Positions 1 through 14,279 of a stretch of DNA of 64,000 nt are shown piece by piece. The stretch's first letter is position 1. Every line of letters begins with the position of its first letter. This DNA is from Octopus bimaculoides. Lineage: Eukaryota. Both the position numbers and the translations under genes were made by a program. The stretch lies in NCBI RefSeq assembly GCF_001194135.2, contig NC_068989.1, forward strand, positions 483,147-547,146. The letters are read 5' to 3'. The notes beneath the pieces were generated by a model that saw nothing but the letters and a program-made list of their open reading frames with translations, had not been told where the DNA came from and did no database searches.

Positions 1-335
1 ATAAGATGTACCATTCTGAGCGTGACCGTTGCCAGTACCGCCTCACTGGCCTTGTAGGGTTTTCGAGCGAGATCGTTGCCAGTGCCCCTGGACTAGCTCT
101 TGTGCGGGTGGCACATAAAAGACACCATTTCGAGCGTGGCCGTTTTCGTGCGGGTGACACGTAAAAGCACCCACTACACTCTCTGAGTGGTTGGCGTTAG
201 GAAGAGCATCCAGCTGTAGAAACTCTGTCAAATTAGATTGGAGCCTGGTGTAGCCATCCGGTTGCACCAGTCCTCAGTCAAATCGTCCAACCCATGCTAG
301 CATGGAAAGCGGACGTTAAACGATGATGATGATGT
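1..335 (+). mobile_element. SINE-like repeat family A with (GAT)n tail, young copy
   Basis: GAGTGGTTGGCGTTAGGAAG.GCATCCAGCTGTAGAAAC...CAACCCATGCTAGCATGGAAAGCGGACGTTAAACGATGATGAT recurs more than 10 times in the window. Positions 108-335 are about 97% identical to 35160-35390. Confidence 0.85.
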
Positions 336-512
336 ATAAAGTTGATATTCAGAACAAATCTTAACACAATATATTTATTTATTATCTATTATTATAAGTT
401 GTTTTTTTTCATGTAATAACAAAATTTCAATGAAGATTTTTATAAAAATATGAACATTTAAATACAGACTCAGATGTTGTTTTAAAGTGATATGAATTGT
501 CTATTATCTTAC

Positions 513-591
513 ATAACAGCTGACCTAATAATTTTTGTGCTGTTAACGTGACTGATCCAGTAGTTGTCAAACTGACAAATAACAAAGCTGC
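513..591 (-). CDS. PKD1-like: Probable next PKD1-like exon: (G)SFVICQFDNYWISHVNSTKIIRSAV
   Basis: Acceptor caattttgtag, donor AT|gtaaga, 79 nt, phase 1 to 2. Continues FVMRTTG into a PKD-like GSFVICQFD strand. An alternative weaker donor (gtcagc) lies 11 nt earlier. Confidence 0.55.
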
Positions 592-1948
592 CTACAAAAT
601 TGTGGAAGTATTTTTGCTTCCTTTCTTCTTTTTTTTTCTTTTTTTTTGGGGGGGGGGGCTCCCTACTAACTCTTTATAAATCAAAGGAAGGAACAGAGTG
701 CGCATCTACGCGATTTCTCTTTCTTCACCATGGAATTCAACAAGTGATGATTGTGATGGTTATGATATGAAAACATACACATACACAAGAGGGAGAGAGA
801 GAGAGAGCGGGGGGNNNNNNNNNNNNNNNNNNNNNNNNNNNNNNNNNNNNNNNNNNNNNNNNNNNNNNNNNNNNNNNNNNNNNNNNNNNNNNNNNNNNNN
901 NNNNNNNNNNNNNNNNNNNNNNNNNNNNNNNNNNNNNNNNNNNNNNNNNNNNNNNNNNNNNNNNNNNNNNNNNNNNNNNNNNNNNNNNNNNNNNNNNNNN
1001 NNNNNNNNNNNNNNNNNNGGGGGTGAAGAAAGAAGATCATGACTTTTTAAGTTATCTTCTCCATTATTGGTTATGAATGATTCTGGACATAAGTCCACCA
1101 TAAAAATCAGAGATCCGATCATGTGATTTCGACCTTCTCATGGGAGTTGGTCTCAGCACTGGAGATAACAGGGATCTATCTCCCTGCTAACGATTTAAAC
1201 AAGGGTACCTTTTGCACCAAAAGCCAGTATGGGAGTTTCCCCTCATGCTAACGACTGCAGAATAGGTTGTTCTAACTGAAAGCCCACATTTTAGTGGGGA
1301 TAAATATTATCCCTAACCCTAACCATGTCAGACAAAATCCTTAGCAAGCGTTTTGTCCATCCTTACGTTCTGAGTTCAAATTCTGCTGAGGCTGACTTTG
1401 CCTTTCATCCTTTCGGGGTCAATAAATTAAGTACCAGTTACTCACTGGGGTCGAAGTAATCAACTCACCCACCCTCAAAATTGCTGGCCTTGTGCCAAAA
1501 TTAGAAATCACTATTATTATAATTACTTTAGCATTTGTTGGAGGTTGAAATGGGTCAGCTGTAGGACAAATCCCCCTTATCTGGTGCCTGTGAAATCCTG
1601 CATTCCAAAAACTTAATCTTGTTCCTTACTACTATGCATTCTTCACCCTTCAAGTATTGCTGCCTGTCTGCAATGGACAGCTTCTTCATATTGCAACGTA
1701 TCTTTCTTAGTCAGCATTCACTCAAGCTCCATTTATATCAAATGTCCATTGCAGACTTTCTTTCAGTTTACTTGAACCCGAATACTTTATATAAGTTGCC
1801 TAACATTACACAGCCAATAAATTATTTTGTCTCATATCTCTAGGGTGCACTGGTAGATGCACTATGAATGGCTAGAGTACTCTGGTAGATGCACTATGAG
1901 TGACTAGACTTCATCAGAGGGTTTAAAAAGTTCAGAGGGTGAATGCAT

Positions 1949-1983
<35 letters not shown>

Positions 1984-2291
1984 CATACACACATATACAT
2001 ATACATATATATATATATATATANNNNNNNNNNNNNNNNNNNNNNNNNNNNNNNNNNNNNNNNNNNNNNNNNNNNNNNNNNNNNNNNNNNNNNNNNNNNN
2101 NNNNNNNNNNNNNNNNNNNNNNNNNNNNNNNNNNNNNNNNNNNNNNNNNNNNNNNNNNNNNNNNNNNNNNNNNNNNNNNNNNNNNNNNNNNNNNNNNNNN
2201 NNNNNNNNNNNNNNNNNNNNNNNNNNNNNNNNNNNNNNNNNNNNNNNNNNNNNNNNNNNNNNNNNNNNNNNNNNNNNNNNNNNNNNNNNNN

Positions 2292-2339
<48 letters not shown>

Positions 2340-2397
2340 CACACGCATATATATTAACAAAAGCAACAAATCATAAATGTGGAAGTATTTAAGTTAC

Positions 2398-3646
2398 CTG
2401 TAGTCCTCATGACAAACATTATTGGAATCCCAATAAGTGTTGGCCTGAGAATATCAATGCTGAAATATGTCAGTGGTTCCTCCACAAGGACTTCCCAGCT
2501 TTCAGTTATGTTTGAAATGTAGTTGAAAGCCACAACACTGATATTCACAGATCCGACTGTCTTAAATATATGTTCAATGCAAGCGTAACTGCCATTTTTT
2601 TTGACAAGTTCATAATTTTGTAGGGAGTTACCCAAATTCCAGAGTAGATTGAAATCCGAACCAGACATGACTTGTACACAGAGTAAGACAGGGACATTAA
2701 CTGACACTACTTCATCAGTAAGAAGTTCCAGTAATTTTATGGGTTCTTGGACAACAATTCTCTGTGCCAGGGTGGCAGTGACATTACTGACTTCATTATA
2801 GGTGCTAACAGACACGTGAAACTCTCCAGCATTTTTGAACACATGGCTTTGACTTGAAGTGAAATTCTTTTGAAGAGAATATGTTTTTCCACCAATGTTC
2901 CAGTAGAAGTTCACAGGTGTACTAACAGAAGTATGAGCATAAAAGGTCACACTTTGACCCGTCTCGAGAAAATAGTTACTAACAGGCTGCAGTGTAACAC
3001 TTGTTATACGTTCTTTCACAAATATGATTTTTTGTACTGTTTCTTGGTCTTGCTGCAGTGTGTGGAACGTAGCAGATACATTATGTTGCCCTATATCTTG
3101 AAATGAGTGCTGTAAGTATGATGAAGCTGTTGTGTTAAGAACAATTTGTTCATTTGTTCTAATCACCCACCTAATTGGATGACTTTTTGATAATATTGGT
3201 GATTTCAAGAAAAAGGTAGTATTTTTATATTTTGGAATAAAGATATTTGATAAAATGACAGAAGATTTAATTTCTTCGTAAACAATTAACTCTAGATCCA
3301 TTGTTGCTTTTACGGAACTGATGTTGTTTTTAGCAGTAACATGAGGTTTAAAATTTCCTGGTATTGAATAGGTGTAGCAGACTTCTCCTTGAAGATAGCA
3401 ACCATCCCCATAATCTTTACGTAATAAGACTGGTGCTTGACAGTCACTCGTATGACTAGTATGGTTGGCATCAAGAATAAACATTTTCTTATTCCCATCA
3501 CCAAAATCGATCTGTAACAATGTATCTTCTCGCGTAGCAGTAAAAAACGATACCAGAAAATGAACCGGTTCGTTCACTTGATAAAACTTATTTGCATTAA
3601 GAGGCAGGTTAAATGAAAGATCTTTCAAATACTGACTTTGAACAAT
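2398..3646 (-). CDS. PKD1-like: PKD1-like large exon (416 codons) encoding about four PKD repeats plus the start of another
   Basis: ORF 2354-3628 extended to acceptor tttccttcatttcag|ATT; donor CAG|gtaact; 1249 nt, phase 0 to 1. Repeated PKD motifs: IDFGDG, YTYSIPGNF...AKNNISS, HVFKNAGEFHVSVSTYNEVS, HIFKTVGSVNISVVAFNYIS, VQEP/VEEP. Many NxS/T sequons. Confidence 0.93.
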
Positions 3647-5212
3647 CTGAAATGAAGGAAACAGAAGATCATATGAAATGTTTTACAATAAAATGAGCTA
3701 AATTTTAGTCTATTTACAAGTTTAGCAAAAATTATCACTTGAAAAGATAACCGTTACATAATTTTCATATAATTCCTACATTTTCTTAGACTAGCAATAT
3801 ACAGGATTTTATTGTTGTTAGTCGTTATATTTATAGATTTATGCAATCAAGATGAAAATGATAAACTGAATGAGGAGCACAGAGATTGCAGGTTCAAACC
3901 TGATGCAGGTATTTCTTTGTTTCAAGGTAATGTGCTTAATTCTACAAGATATAATTAACTAGTCATCACAAATAGTCATAAAGTTTTCATATGGTTGGTA
4001 CCCTATAATAGTTGCCTTTTATTAGGAAACAGACAAGCAACTAACCCTTTTTTTTGCAATTACTGCATGAGGAAATAAATACCTCACCTTCATTTTCATT
4101 GTAACAAGCTTTCAGACTTTTCCATTAACTCAAACTTACTCTACACAGATCATCAGTAACAATTAGTGGTAGTGGTAGTGAGACTATTAAAAAATACTGA
4201 GAAGGGGAGAGACAGACAGACAGACAGACCAAGTTTACTGTATAGGAGTTGAGAATAATTTGAAAAGATCTGTAGTCGAAAGTATAACCATGGGTTAGTA
4301 ATATTCAATATAATATTGAATAAGCTAATTCTTCTTTTTTTTTTTTTGATGAATTGAATCCAGTTCATCATGTTATTAACATGAAAGCAAAGTTAAACTG
4401 GCTGGGATTTGAACTCAGATTGCAAAGGGAGAAAAGTAACTGTTGCCAGACATTTAAGTTGGTGATGCTACTTTTAAAATATTGATGAGTAACATTAGAA
4501 CAGAGAGAAAATATCTTGGTGGTGGTGGGGGTATGGTTAATTAAAAATTACAAGGTCATTAAGCCTTGAGGAGTAGGTTTAGCTGATTAAATCAATATAG
4601 TACTTGGCTGGGACTTGGTTTGTTGATCCAAGAAAGATGAGAAATGGGATTGATCTCTGAAGTGTCTCAGAATGTGAAGAACTGCAACGAAATACCTCAA
4701 GGCATTTTACTTGCCACTTGAAGGATTCTGCTAATCAAACAGGTTTTCACTTCTTATCATTTACTTCATTCTTGCAGTAAAGACAACCATATTTGTCAAC
4801 TGTCAAGTAATGGGTTACAAAAATATTAAACAGTCTTTCTTGACATCAAAATCAGCAACAATGGAACTGTGACCATTTTAAACTTCTTTTCAACATTGGT
4901 CTACTCAAGCAGAACTAAAGATCTTTCTTTTTTTTTAAATATCTATTTTTTATTTGTCAAAGAACAAAGAAGAAATGAGAAGAATCCATGGAGAAGTTTT
5001 CAAATCAAGCGAAACAGAAAATATTTAATTTTTCCCCTTCCCATGTTTATTTTGAAAAAAAATTCTCACCACACTTAGGTTCTTTGAAAGACTTCCATAT
5101 TGGTTGGTTCCAGTGACAGAAACTAGAAAAACTCCGACTTTGGTAAAAGAATGATTCTGAAGAACAAAGAAAAGAAACAGAAAGGAACAAATCAAAGTTA
5201 TTGCAGTTATAT

Positions 5213-5217
<5 letters not shown>

Positions 5218-5280
<63 letters not shown>

Positions 5281-5300
5281 GCGTGTGCGTGCGCATACTT
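5218..5300. repeat. (GT)n microsatellite, representative of many (GT/CA)n, (TA)n, (GA)n, (GAT)n and (AAT)n tracts
   Basis: Other examples: 11533-11590, 13147-13190, 18945-18993, 19883-19921, 22948-23017, 24419-24512, 47424-47458, 47545-47586, 55360-55410. Confidence 0.95.
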
Positions 5301-8300
5301 GTGTGTGCATTGTCAATGGTAACTTTTGCAAATTACATGTTTCACTTTAAAAACTGCCAGCACAATGAAATGTTCAAACTATTGAGTTCAAACTATTTCA
5401 GTTGTCAAGTATCCATGTTGTGATGAGATTCTCTTGGCATGTTTTTGGCTCTGCAACTCTTACGTTTGTTTCTTCTGCAGTTATCACCATTGGGAATGGC
5501 ATCAATATGATGACAACTCCAAATTGGGAGACAGGTGAGACAGGTGTCATTTCCATTTAATGGATGTCTTTGTTTATAAAGAAGTCTTGTTATTGATATT
5601 TGACTCCATATATATTTTAAATATTCCATAAATCACAAGTAATTTAGATCTGATTAGTTATTGCATTTTAACTTTTATGTTTCTTTGTTTTTTTAAATTT
5701 TTTTATTTTATTTCAGAGGGAAAATGAAAGAATATAAAAAACAGCAAAACTGAACAAAACTAAATTCTTCAATTACTTTGGTGTATCAAATGCTTCTACC
5801 CAGTTCTATTGACTTAGACAGCATTTACCAATTTTCACAAACTACTCTTTTGATTATCATAAAATATTTAATTTAAATATCAAATGAAACCAACTACATC
5901 ATTTTTCAGTTTTCTTATAATTTAATTAATATTGTAACTAATCTTTTCTCAATGATGTTTCTTAGCGTTTCTTTGTTAACGCCTGTAACCTTCTAATTAT
6001 TAACAGAATCATAATACAAAGTTCTTTATGTGAGACGAATCTGAAAGGTTACTAACATGAGGAAATTATGATACAACAGAGATAAAGCTGATGGGAAATA
6101 TATTAATAATAATAAATACACATAACTATGAAATATGTTTAAGTTTCTTAATTAAAATGCTCGTGTAATTAATAATTTACTTCTATTTACAGTTAATTAC
6201 TGATTAAAGCAACTACTAAATACTCCAGTTTATTGCTCTTTATCACAAGGATTTTATTTTAGTAGTAATAATACTAGGACTATTTGGCTACTATTTCTAT
6301 TCAGTCAATACACACGTCTTCATTGTAATTTTTTTGCTAACATTTACCTCAGGCTCATTATAAACAGGACAAACTTTTATTTTTAAAGAAGAAAAAATCA
6401 TGCAAAAAATACCAAAATACTTATTTGCTTTTTTCTCTTTGAAATACAAAAAAAAACATGATGTGTCATGATGTAGTGTTAATGTTACAGCAGAGACATT
6501 ATGAAATAATCACAGTAATAAGGGGCTTAACATCAATAATAAATCACTGGAGAGTAACTAGTGATTAAAACAGTGACATAAAACACAAGTCAGACAACAA
6601 TCTGTAAGTCTTTACACACGGAAACATTAGAGAAAGAAAGAAAGACATTATTTGTTTCATGAACAGAAGTGATATGTAAAATATCATGAAATATGCAAAC
6701 AGCCATTGACTTGGAGTTGTTGATTATAAAATATAGTCTTGAAATCCCACTGTTTAGTTTCCCTATAACTTTGCTTGTTCTACGTATGAGGTACAGCTGG
6801 TTAAAGAGAAATGGAGGTGGTCTAACTGTTGAAGAGGCAAATAGTTTTATGCCACCAACACTAATACTGTATTGTTGTATTGTAGCTGTTATTCAAAACT
6901 TCAACCACTAAGATAATTGATCAGACACCACAAGTGAACCACCACTGTCTCATGTGATTGGTCTGTTAATTGACCATTCAGCACGAGGCTGTGGTGGGAC
7001 ATTTTTTGACTCAGATGTTTTAGAATTTGGTTTCCAGTCCCCTATTACAACTGTTTGGCAAACAGCTTAGAGTACAGATGGCCAAGGGGCAGAAAGCAAG
7101 GACCTCTGGTGCCATGGGGATTTGTGCCACTGACTTCATATATTTTGGGGCCAACCACATGGGGGCCACACAGATGGCTTTCTATAATTTCAGAGCAATC
7201 TGTCTCTTTCCCAGTCAGAAAATACTTATGTTGTTCATTGTAAATTACTTGCACCAATATCTTTATGGCTGGCAATAAATATTCAGTTAAATATTTGTGG
7301 GTTCCTTCAGTTATCATTCATACAGCCAATGAGAACCATCTTCATTTATTACCAGTTCAACTCACATTGACAAGCAACTGGCAAAGAGCATCATGGGTAA
7401 AACCATTTTACTCTCTCAATCATTCTGTCAGGCTGGTTGTTATTAGATATCAATGACAAAGTTCACTGCAATAAACTGAAGGAATGTGGAAATATTTACA
7501 AATGTCTCATTAGCTGACAGTCCTCAACCTAAATGCCATTTGTCTAATTTGGAAAACAATGCACCTCACAAAATTGTTCCATCTTTATACATTTTATTGT
7601 AATTAACAGTGACATGTCACTGAAATACTCGCTTTCCTTTGTTGTCCGATGTCTACTGATTCCTTCTTATGATGACACTTTTAGCTGTTGCTAATTTATG
7701 TGGATGGAAAACAATTTTCAGCTGGAGTCTGATGAAAAACATATTTCAACAAATATATATTAACAATCTTAATCAACCATGCAGCCATCTGTCAGTCCAT
7801 ATGTGAATGCATACATACATACTGACATACATGCACACATATGTATACACACACACACACACACGCATGCATGCACGCACACACACACACTTATACATAC
7901 ATGTACACACACATATTCTCAGTTGACTCTTGTTCTCTTCATCACAAAAAGATATGTAAAATTTCATTAAAAAAATTTACAGTCAATTTGAAAACATTGG
8001 TGAAATTATGAAGCAGAGCAGAAGATGTTTAGTTTGCTTTAGTCACCATGACATTGACCATGCTGGAGCATCACACACACACACAGAGTTCAACAATTCT
8101 TCCTTCTTTGAATATCTTCTGATATCATTTACTTTTTTTTTTTTACTGGAAGCTTTTGTTTAAACCCTCATCCTAGAAGGTACATCATACACCAATGTTG
8201 CAAGGTTATAACAACCACAATGGGACAATGTATACTCATGTCCTGATACAGGACCAATCACTAACACTAAATTGGCTGATAGGTGGTGGGCAAGGATCTG

Positions 8301-11300
8301 CTAGTTTATATAAATATTTAAAGTCACTATAGAGATATGTTCAAATAATTTTAACTAATCTGTTGATAGATTAGTCTTAAACGGGTTTAAATATATCTTA
8401 TGATATGTGCAGTGCTAAAGTGTAGTAATTACTTGGTGCCCAGTAACCCAGGTATTTAGTGTTGGTGTTGTGACATGCAGTGGCAGCCCCATTTTTTGTA
8501 TCTTAGCTGTGCTAACATTTGTATATTTCTATTTTATCTTGAAGGACAACCCCATCCTGAATAACACACAACAGTTTTGTTCTTTTTGTTGGTAATTTTT
8601 CAGAAATGCCCAGTTAAATGTTCGATTTCATTGAAGGGGAATAGTTTTTGGTTTTTACAATGGTAATAAATCTGTATTGCAAGAATATTTCTTTGAAAAA
8701 TATTATTGAATTCAGAAGTTTTGTTCTATGATGGGAACTAAAAGTCCCAGGAATTATTAAAAGATGATGTGCCTTTTGCTTATATAAATGGATACATCTA
8801 CCGTTCTTTCACTATTTATCTAGTCATGTTGTTAGTATATTTAGGAACTTCCTTATGGCTTCACACACCTATTGAGGAAATGGCTGCAACAACTCACCAT
8901 AAAATAGGTGAAGTTGCACAAACAAAGTGACTTTCTCCTCAAATCTCCTCAAACTGTAAATTGTATTTGAACTAGCAATCTTTGCGTGTAAACCCTTCTA
9001 TCTTAAATACAATAGACTTACAATATTCTGCACACCAAATTGCATCAAAAGGTAAATGGCTGCCCCTGACTCCAGGCATTTAATGACTACTCGTTACTCA
9101 GTCCTGCCACCTCGGCTTAGTATTGAACTCTTTATTGTTGCAGCTTCTTCTTGTATCCAAGTTTATAATTCCTAAAACATTTCACCAGGAGAGAAGTCAA
9201 CCCTCTGACCATCGGCAGCAGTAGCAGTAGTAGTAGTAAAACCAGTTTTCCATAATTTCCCCCACCAGCTGTTTAACTGACTTGCTAGGAAAACTAAAAT
9301 TTGTTTTAGGAGGTGGTGATGCTAGGGGAGTAGGATGGGTGCAGAGGGTATATTGAACATAATGAATTAGTTTAGCATGCAAGGACTTGCTGCTGGTTTC
9401 CTCTGTTGACAGTAGGGACAGTTTTGATTGTTTTTTGTAGCCAAACAGGGTTGACAGTTGGTCTTAGAAAAGCAGGCTTGATTGTAGTTAGTGTCTGTTT
9501 TATTTGTCTACTGTCTGCTTAATTTCAACCTGAATGCCGTTCACTGTCAAATATGGCAGGTTTCCTTGTCAGAAACAGGGGGAGCAGAGGAAATAGTTGT
9601 CAATCTAGGCTAGAAATGAATTATAAAATATACAAAAGAAAAACAAAAAAAAAAGCCTCGATTTATTTATTAAAACAACAAACTTTTTTTTAATGAATTT
9701 TATTATTATTATTATTTCAGATAACTTCAAGAAAAACCATTCTCATTCAGAACTATTCCATTTTGTTGAAATAGATTAACTTTCACTATAACTTCAGTCT
9801 TTTATCTTTTATTTTTCACTCGTTTCAGTCATTAGATGTGTGGCCATGCTGGAGCACTGCTTTGAGTGTTTTAATTTCTTCTATATTAATTCTAATAGAG
9901 GCAATGTTTATGCCTGCTTAAACATAATTGTTCTGTTAGAAAACGGTAGATACTCTCAGATTGGTTTTTAGTTTAAAACACACTCTTTTTGTTTATATCT
10001 CACTAGTGAAGAGATAAATCCCCACCATCTCTCAACCAGATCATGTGATTTCAACCTTCCTTGGTTTCATCAATGACGGACACTTGACCGCTAGAGATAA
10101 ATTCTAAGAATTACACCAAGATTCTTCATCTTGAGGATATGTTTAGTTTTTGCAGTTTCTTAATCCAACAGAATTTTTTTTTTTCTTTAAATATCATCCA
10201 ATAAATCTAATTGAAAAATATTCCTGCTTGAAATAGAAATATTTAGAATAGTTTTAAATATACAGTCAAAGTTTGTAACTAATGTTTAATTACTATGAAA
10301 TTTTAACACATTAAATCAGTCATTGAAAAAATGTTTTCCTGAAAAAAATAGTCCATAATAACCTGTCCCCACCCCTACACACACACACACACACAAAAGT
10401 GTCCCTTGTTTACCAAGTTTCATAAAGTACTAAGATAGAAATATAGTTGAAATTTGTTGTCTTTGTTAGCAAAGGCATTCAAGCTGTCACTGTCCTTCCA
10501 TTTTGCATAACCAGGATTATATTATGCCATAATGGTAGAGAAAGATTTGAGGGAATTTGGAAGCTATTTTTAGCATGTCAGACACTGCAGAATTTCTTTC
10601 GTAAGCCTTCTGCTATTGTCATTGCAGTTGTTGTTTAGTCGAGGTCAGCACTGACCAAGTAGAAAGCTATGGATGACCAAAGTACATTTAGGAAAATATC
10701 ATCCAGTGTGTCCAAACATTTCTGAAGTGGTAGTATGTGCATTAAATGAAATTTGGTTGCTATTTCTGGCAGGATTCCATCCTTGAATTATATTTTCAAT
10801 ACTTCAAGACTGACCATTCAGTTATTTTTCAGTGAAAATATTTTATTGAAATTCCACTGTTTTGCTACAGAGTCATCACCATCATCATCATCCTTTAAGG
10901 TCTGTTTTCCATGCTGGCATGGGTTGGACGGTTGTTTAAAACAGGGCTTAGCCATTTTTATCAGTATATAAGATGCACTTTTGCATCAGACACACTCTTA
11001 TTTTATGAAACTGTTTTGTAGAAATGATGATGATGGTGATGATGATGATGATGGTAATGATGATGACGATGGTGATGATGATGATGATGCAACAATATTA
11101 AGGGTGTCCTATATCTCAACTTTATGTTCATTCAAGTTAGCTGTATAGTTGTTGGGGAAGAGAATTGCCATAAAGGATGTGAAGTCTGTATTTCTGGCTG
11201 GTTTGTGTTATCATGATTGGCCACTAGGGAAGCAGATGACCACTGAGGTTTTGATGTCATCTACTCATTGCAAATGACTGACAGGCAGATGACAGTTTGT

Positions 11301-11357
11301 TAACATTCCATTCATCTTTCTAGGAGCATTTTCCATTTAATAATAAACAAATAGGCA

Positions 11358-11528
11358 CAGGCATGGCTGTGTGGTAGGTAGCTTGCTTCCCAACCACATG
11401 GTTCCAAGTTCAGACCCACTGTGTAGCACCTCAAGTCAGTGTTTTCTTCTATAGCCTCAGGCTGACCAAAACCTTATGGGTAGGATTTGATAGACAAAAA
11501 CTGAAAGCAGCCTCTTGTATATATGTGA

Positions 11529-11593
<65 letters not shown>

Positions 11594-11760
11594 TCCACCA
11601 GCACCATTTGACAACTGGTGTTGGTGTGTTTTATGCCTCCATGACTTAGCAATTTGAAAAAATAAATACCAGGCTTAGAAAAAAATAAGTACCGGGGTCA
11701 ATCGTTTGACTAAAATTTTTCAAAGCAGTGCACCAGCATGGCCAGAGTCTAATGACCAAT
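11358..11760 (+). mobile_element. SINE family B copy with internal (GT)n
   Basis: Collinear with the reverse complement of 42558-42976. Confidence 0.8.
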
Positions 11761-13146
11761 GTTTTGTAAGTTTGTGCCATTATTTGTGAGTTTGTTATTT
11801 TCTGATATATTTCAACTTGTTTCCAACATTTTGTTATTAGTAACAATTATGCCAGGTCGATCTGTACTCATTGAACTTCTTTGCCAAAGATACTTGGTCT
11901 CCTTTCCATAATAGGACAGCAGAAAAGCAGAGGGCAATTAGAAAATTATAAAAAAAAAAAACAAACGAAAAACAATAAATATGATTTTTTAACAAATATC
12001 ATAGAAAGATTAGAAGTTCTATAAATCAGTCATAATCTTTTTGTTTTTGTTTTTCTGGTTCTTGTTTGCTTAGAAGGGTTAACCACTTCCCTTTCGATCT
12101 TTGAAATGATTTCATGAAGAATACAAACCTTCACCAATTTAAAAGTCAGCTGCAACAGCAGCAGCAGCATCAGATGCAATTTAGACATATTATTTAAGAA
12201 GGAAGAAATCAAAATAATTTAATTACAAAAATTAGTTGTAATTTTAGCTATTTTAATAAATTCAAATGAAACTGATCCATTTCCTCCTCTAAGCTGACTC
12301 CTACAATATTTTGTATTCTGATTATTAATGGAGGAAACAGAATGAATGGATAAGTATAAAAGAAAAAAGAAAAACAACAAATAAAATCAAGAAAAATAAA
12401 AATCAATAAATTACAATAAAATTAATGAGTTATACTCTTCGCCCCCTGATGCACCCAAAATTAAGAAAAATAAGTTAATAACTTGTATTATCCACCATCA
12501 TAAATAAGAAGGTACATTTCTTCTGATATAGTACAAAGTTACTATTATGAATATTAAACCTGGTGGAATAACAGATAATCCAGGAAGAATCAGTCTTTGA
12601 GTGTTTTGCAAGATGACATAAAGGAATGGAATCTGTGTATATCCATTGCTCAAACAAAACGAGTATATTTAAGGAGGTTTTTATCAGATGTAATCACACA
12701 GCTATTTTTCAGTAATATTTTAAGTAACAAAGGAGTTTGTTAAACTTTATCAAATCTGTCAACAGTTAAAGAAGATACACTATGGAACCTTGACTGAACT
12801 CATCCAATGATCAAAGGTGTACCAACCCTAACCAGCCTGTCTTTTGGAGGAGTATAGTGTATCTAAGACTACATTATCCAAAAGAGCTTTCACTTTTTAA
12901 GATGGTCAGATGTAATTCAGAAGTGTTTTGACTGATATTCGGAGCAGGTCCAGCATCCACTGTTTAAGTTCATAAAAAGATGCATGAGTTTAGTGTTTTA
13001 AGATTTCAGTATGAAATCTTGGAGTTAAGGTTTTAATCAACAATAAACTACCTTCAAAGTAACTTTATTTGAAATGTTATACAGTAACAATTTCAAAGTG
13101 TGCATATTCAATAAATTGTCATAATGTCTCATGAAACTGACACTAA

Positions 13147-13193
<47 letters not shown>

Positions 13194-14279
13194 ACATATG
13201 TGTGTGTGTGTGTGTGTGTGTTTATCCCCTCCCCACCGCTTGACAACCAGTGTTGGTGTGTTGCATCCCCATAGCTTAACAGTTTGGAAAAAGAGACCGA
13301 TTGAATAAATACCAGGTTTAAAAAAATAAATACTGGGGCCAATTCATTCAACTAAAAAATTCAACACAGTACCCCAGTATGGCCGCAGTCTAATGACTGA
13401 AACAAGTAAAAGAATAAAAGAATAAAAGAATAATGGTTATAACTAGAATACTTTGAATGAGAAATCTTACTGAATCATTACTGAAGTGGAGCCAAAAAGA
13501 AAAACAATATCAGGGTGAGTTAAAATGAGAGTCTTAGAGGTAGGGCATTCCAGCCTAAATGGAACAATGATAAGATTCTCCAGCTGTTAGAAATATGGGG
13601 GAAGAGAACTATAGTGGTTAAGAGAGAGAGAGACTATGAGGTTTATGTTTACTTGTTAAATGATAAATAGTAAGAATGACATTAGTCATATGCTATCATT
13701 ATTATTACATGTGGCATATTGAAGGTCAAATATCTGGAATTTTGTTCAGCTGAAAAATGTACAAACATTTGCATTGACAAACAAGTAAACAAACATTTTA
13801 CTATCAATCTTATTTCAAAGCTTCAGTGTAAATATATAACTGTATTTAGAATTAAGTGTGCTGTTTATTCATTTCTAAGCTATTTCCAGTTCACATTTCC
13901 AGCATTACTTATATATATAGATAGCATGTTGTTATTTAAATATGATGTTTTACAGTCTATAATATTGTTCAATTGAGGTTGTTACCAAAATGTTATATAA
14001 TCAATTATGTCATTAAAATCCCAAAATTTACAGCCTTAAACAACTCCATCACCTGCACTCTAGGCTAAATCACATTTTCATTCTCACCCCATTCAAGAAC
14101 TGGTTAATTTTTGGTCACAGCTTCTACATCTCTTCCTCTGCAGAGTATTTTTCATCTTCAGTTTGGTATCTCTCTTCATCATGTCACCACCAGAATGGAT
14201 TGGAATTCAGGACAGTAAACAGATTTTGAATTCATTTTTAAGCTTTACTAATTATGCAAAATAATGTCATTACTTGCAA

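Noticed and set aside
43-267. Recurrent peptide FLQLDALPNANH in several ORFs (43-267, 17343-17669, 30643-30825, 34617-35321, 36091-36309)
   Set aside because: It is the translation of the family-A SINE core, not a gene family.
681-2392. ORF-track entries of 110-150 aa full of X, YI or HT repeats (also at 21461-22348, 34556-35321, 40752-41731)
   Set aside because: They are translations of N-gaps and (TA)n/(CA)n microsatellites.
4140-4196. Phase-0/0 57-nt candidate exon YFLIVSLPLPLIVTDDLCR with good splice signals
   Set aside because: It fits the phases of the 11-kb intron but does not encode the missing PKD strands and is partly a CTACCA repeat. Probably chance.
5405-5629. 74-aa Cys-containing ORF with a gtaaga donor at 5463
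   Set aside because: No recognisable domain, no good upstream acceptor, and no frame that fits the PKD gene.
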